A stretch of DNA of 64,000 nucleotides from Tubiluchus corallicola (taxonomy: Eukaryota; Animalia; Priapulida): contig JAQGDQ010000423.1 of the NCBI GenBank assembly GCA_030141605.1, forward strand, positions 84,177 through 148,176. The letters run 5' to 3'. The notes under the pieces were generated by a model. That model made no database searches. It was not told where the DNA came from and worked only from the letters and a program-made list of their open reading frames with translations. The translations under genes were made by a program, and so were the position numbers. Below, one piece after another: positions 59,936 through 64,000 of this stretch; the stretch's first letter is position 1, and the number at the start of each line of letters is the position of its first letter.

Positions 59936-62900
59936 CTATCCCAGACAGAACCGGGCGGAAGTGGAGAAGGAGGGACGACACCACCTTCCTATCCCGGACA
60001 GAACCGGGCGGAAGTGGAGAAGGAGGGACGACACCACCTTCCTATCCCGGACAGAACCGGGCGGAAGTGGAGAAGGAGGGACGACACCACCTTCCTATCC
60101 CGGACAGAACCGGGCGGAAGTGGAGAAGGAGGGACGACACCACCTTCCTATCCCAGACAGAACCTGGCGGAAGTGGGAAGGAGGGACGACACCACGATGA
60201 AGCTCAAGCAGATAATTGTAGACTCAAATATAATAGATGGCTGTAGTATGTATGTCACAGTTATGAGCATCCCAGCCGCTTATTGGGTGTCTCAGACGTA
60301 CAGGTAACTCGCCTCGTAGAGACGCAGAATTATCAGCATCCCAGCCCCTTATTGGGTGTCTCAGACATACAGGTAACTCGCCTCGTAGAGACGCAGAATT
60401 ATCAGCATCCCAGCTGCTTATTGGGTGTCTCAGACATACAGGTAACTCGCCTCGTAGAGACGCAGAATTATCAGCATCCCAGCTGCTTATTGGGTGTCTC
60501 AGACATACAGGTAACTCGCCTCGTAGAGACGCAGAATTATCAGCATCCCAGCTGCTTATTGGGTGTCTCAGACATACAGGTAACTCGCCTCGTAGAGACG
60601 CAGAATTATCAGCATCCCAGCTGCTTATTGGGTGTCTCAGACATACAGGTAACTCGCCTCGTAGAGACGCAGAATTATCAGCATCCCAGCTGCTTATTGG
60701 GTGTCCCAGACATACAGGTAACTCACCTCGTAGAGATGCAGAATTATCAGCATCCCAGGTGTCTCAGACATACAGGTAACTCACCTCGTAAAGACGCAGA
60801 ATCATCAGCATCCCAGGTGTCTCAGACATACAGGTAACTCGCCTCGTAGAGATGCAGAATTATCAGCATCTCAGCCACTTATTGGGTGTCTCAGACATAC
60901 AGGTAACTCACCACGTAGAGACGCAGAATTATCAGCATCCCAGGTGTCTCAGACATACAGGTAACTCGCCTCGTAGAGACGCAGAATCATCAGCATCCCA
61001 GGTGTCTCAGACATACAGGTAACTCACCTCGTAGAGACGCAGAATCATCAGCATCCCAGGTGTCTCAGACATACAGGTAACTCGCCTCGTAGAGACGCAG
61101 AATCATCAGCATCCCATGTGTCTCAGACATACAGGTAACTCGCCTCGTAGAGACGCAGAATCATCAGCATCCCAGGTGTCTCAGACATACAGGTAACTCG
61201 CCTCGTAGAGACGCAGAATCATCAGCATCCCAGGTGTCTCAGACATACAGGTAACTCGCCTCGTAAAGACGCAGAATTTGAAAGTGGAATAACCTCGCAG
61301 ACCAACAAGGTCGTAGCATCTAGAGTTTGCTAACCCGTAACCCGTACAGGTCGTAATGCCAGTCTTGTCTCTGACGCCTAGGTAAATTTTACAGGTGAAC
61401 AATAATAAATTCCAGACGTTTTGTTGCTGGGCTGGTACAACAAACGTGTTGCGCAACAATTGATGGTGACTGAAACCTTCTGCATTTCTCCTGCTCTTCC
61501 ATGCAGAAAATTCCTCTGGCAATTAAACTGTGTTGTTGTATTAATAGTGCAATGCACACACACGTACAATATAATTACATTATCGTAGACATGTGATTTG
61601 TTGAAAAGAACTGCTTGCTGCTTAAACACTTTTTAGTTTACCTGTTAAATTCCTGGGGCATTTATTCTACGCGTTTAGTATTTTTTATTTATAATACGAA
61701 CTGAAGTCAAGAGGCTTATATGTCCATTAAAAACATCGTAGAACATATCTACAATGTACAGAAAGTAAAATTACTGCTAAAAGTAGAAAATACATAGTAC
61801 ATGGTTAGTACAATATAAACACACAAGTAAATTAATTCGTTAATTAACTAATTAATTAAGTAAATAAATTAAAGGTGCCGGTAAAAAGATTAAAACTTGA
61901 TTAGTACGGTAAAATTGTATAATTATGGTAAAAAATTTACATCTTACATCATTTATCAAATCACATATTTTCTAGTAAATATTTTTTAAAAGTTTCTTAA
62001 ATTTATTTATATTACTGGCTTGTTTTATTTTACTGGGTAAATTATTCTACATTACAGCACCATTATACATGACAGAATGTTTCATAACGTTTGTTCTGCA
62101 CTTAGGAATATGGAACTTGTGGTATTGTCCAGTCTGATATGAATACATACTGCTATTATAGGTTTTACATGTCAAATGTATACCTGTGTTAACTCAAATG
62201 TAGATTTAGATAATTCAAATGTGTCTTGGTAACTCAAATGTAGATTTAGATAATTCAAATGTGTCTTGGTAACTCAAATGTAGATTTAGATAATTCAAAT
62301 GTTCAAATGTGTCTTGGTAACTCAAATGTAGACTTAGGTAGTTCAAATGTGTTAACAATGGTTTTCAAGAAATCTTAAGCGTTTTTGGTAAGTCAAATGT
62401 AGACACATGTCAAGTCAAATGTGACATTGGTATCTCAAATGTGGATAGGTGGTAAAGTTCAAGGATGTTAAATTTAATCTTCTTTAATTTCAATTTAATA
62501 ATTACTCCTAAGTTGAAATAACAACGTTATAGGTCTACTAATAGATGCACTATCTTTGGTTTATCTTTTTCTAATTTGCACCTAAATAACTAAATTACCG
62601 ATTCATTCAAAGTATTGCATCTACATTTGACTTACCTAAGTCACATTTGAACTTTCCTATGTCTACATTTGACGTGTAAAACCTATATAACTGAAAAAAT
62701 GTGATGCATAATTGTGTAACATAATTCATTCAGTAATCCGTCTCTCCTACGGATTGGGTCAGTTGAATAACATCTATAATAATTATGACAAAATATAAAT
62801 AATCGTCAGCTCCCGACCAGCACGTGACGTCATATTGCATCTGCCGTTGATGAAGCTGCGCAAATGGCATGGATACTAAATATTAAAGCGCATAAATTCA

Positions 62901-64000
62901 GCAAAAATGAGGCAATAACTCTTATTTTTATTACTTCGGGCTTCTGTTTTTCTGGAATCACGGTACTAACGGAAGCGGAAGGAGCTTACTGTAAATCCCT
63001 GGTCTGTATTAAAATGCAGCCGAAAAAAGTGTAAACCTTAACAATACGGCAGCAATTCACTAACACAGTGTTTTAACACTAACTACTGCAATTATAAAAG
63101 TTCTATTAACTCTATACAGGTGAGTAATTCTATTAACTCCTTGCACTAAAAATTTTCACAGTTTCGTTGTGCGCATGCGCAGTTGCTGTAGGTTAAAGGT
63201 TATTTATTTATTTATTTATTATTTACTCGTACATAAATATACATTAAAAACAATGCAGTCACACGTAGTGCCCTTAAGTGTACTCTAGCAACGCGTCTTA
63301 ACTACAACCGTCACGTGACATGTGTTGCCTGCTACATCATCATCATCATCATACGCCCGTCACCGTCTATTGGTAGACACTGGGCAGGCAGAATTCTAAA
63401 ATAAAAGAAATCTGCCTTCAGTCAGGTAAACGCAGCAGTAATCCAGCAAAAAAAACTAGAAACTGCTACGCCAGTGGCTTGTCAGCACCACTTCCGTTTC
63501 ACCACACACGCCTGCTACGGTTAACCTTTGACCTTTTCACGATCATCATCAATCGCTGGAACTGTGAAAAGGCCTATTCTCTTTCCAATACATTTAAAGC
63601 TTTAATGAAGATAAGCCATATGAGTCAACTTAGAAGTAAAACATTTTATGTCACTATGTAACGGATTTCTAAAGCAAACTTAGATTTACTCAATAAAAGT
63701 CGAATGGTCGAAAATAATTGCAAATTTTACAAAATCCGGATAACGGGTGCCTTTTTAGGTTGCCACCACTCCCGATTCGGCCCGGAGTCTCCTGAAATTT
63801 AGCTATAGATTCGTAATTCAGTCGAACTTTTGAAAAATTCTGAAATCTCCCGATTTTGACCATCAAACTGAAATTTAAGTGGACAAAAAGTGGAAATATA
63901 AGCTTGCGTGTTATTTAAACTTTGCAAAAGGTTAAGCCGGGAAACCATTGAGTCTGTTAATTAAGGTAACAGTCAACTTAAATTTAAGCGGTTGTATGGC
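59936..64000 (-). repeat. Right arm of the large inverted duplication (runs off the window end)
   Basis: Base 64000 pairs with 52721; near-identical to the left arm except for VNTR copy number and organisation. Confidence 0.97.

Noticed and set aside
59826-60837. Repetitive ORFs in the inverted-repeat arms (also 55124-56925 and 61181-61629)
   Set aside because: Derived from the 53-bp and 69-bp VNTRs or mirrored non-coding sequence; no recognisable domain or transposase motif.

Overview
AT-rich, intron-rich animal genomic DNA; an invertebrate, probably a spiralian, by inference. (1) 1-9498: a tandem array of four intronless DEG/ENaC (ASIC/FaNaC-superfamily) channel genes on the + strand, with a 2.7-2.85 kb repeat unit; the first gene is cut by the window edge. 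(2) 11304-18458: the first four coding exons of PCF11 on the - strand. The rest of PCF11 must lie left of the window, so the channel array appears nested antisense in PCF11 intron 4, and every array spacer carries a relic of the PCF11 exon 4/intron 4 junction. (3) 20102-44670: SGSM3 (TBC-SH3-RUN), 18 coding exons traced in frame, head-to-head with PCF11; its last exon is missing at a 46-N gap. (4) 45946-46507: the first coding exon of an FNDC3-like gene, followed by an apparently intronic region with satellites and a large inverted duplication (arms of at least 4 kb, 3.2 kb spacer). The introns hold many MITEs, tRNA-SINEs, a complete 5S-derived SINE, an internally deleted RTE element, LINE fragments and a solo LTR. 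Most notable: the diversifying channel array (paired cysteine losses, HG-to-PG gating-motif change, mosaic homogenisation), a 9-fold tandemly amplified splice acceptor in SGSM3, and the inverted repeat. All family assignments come from motif recognition by eye; no database searches were run.
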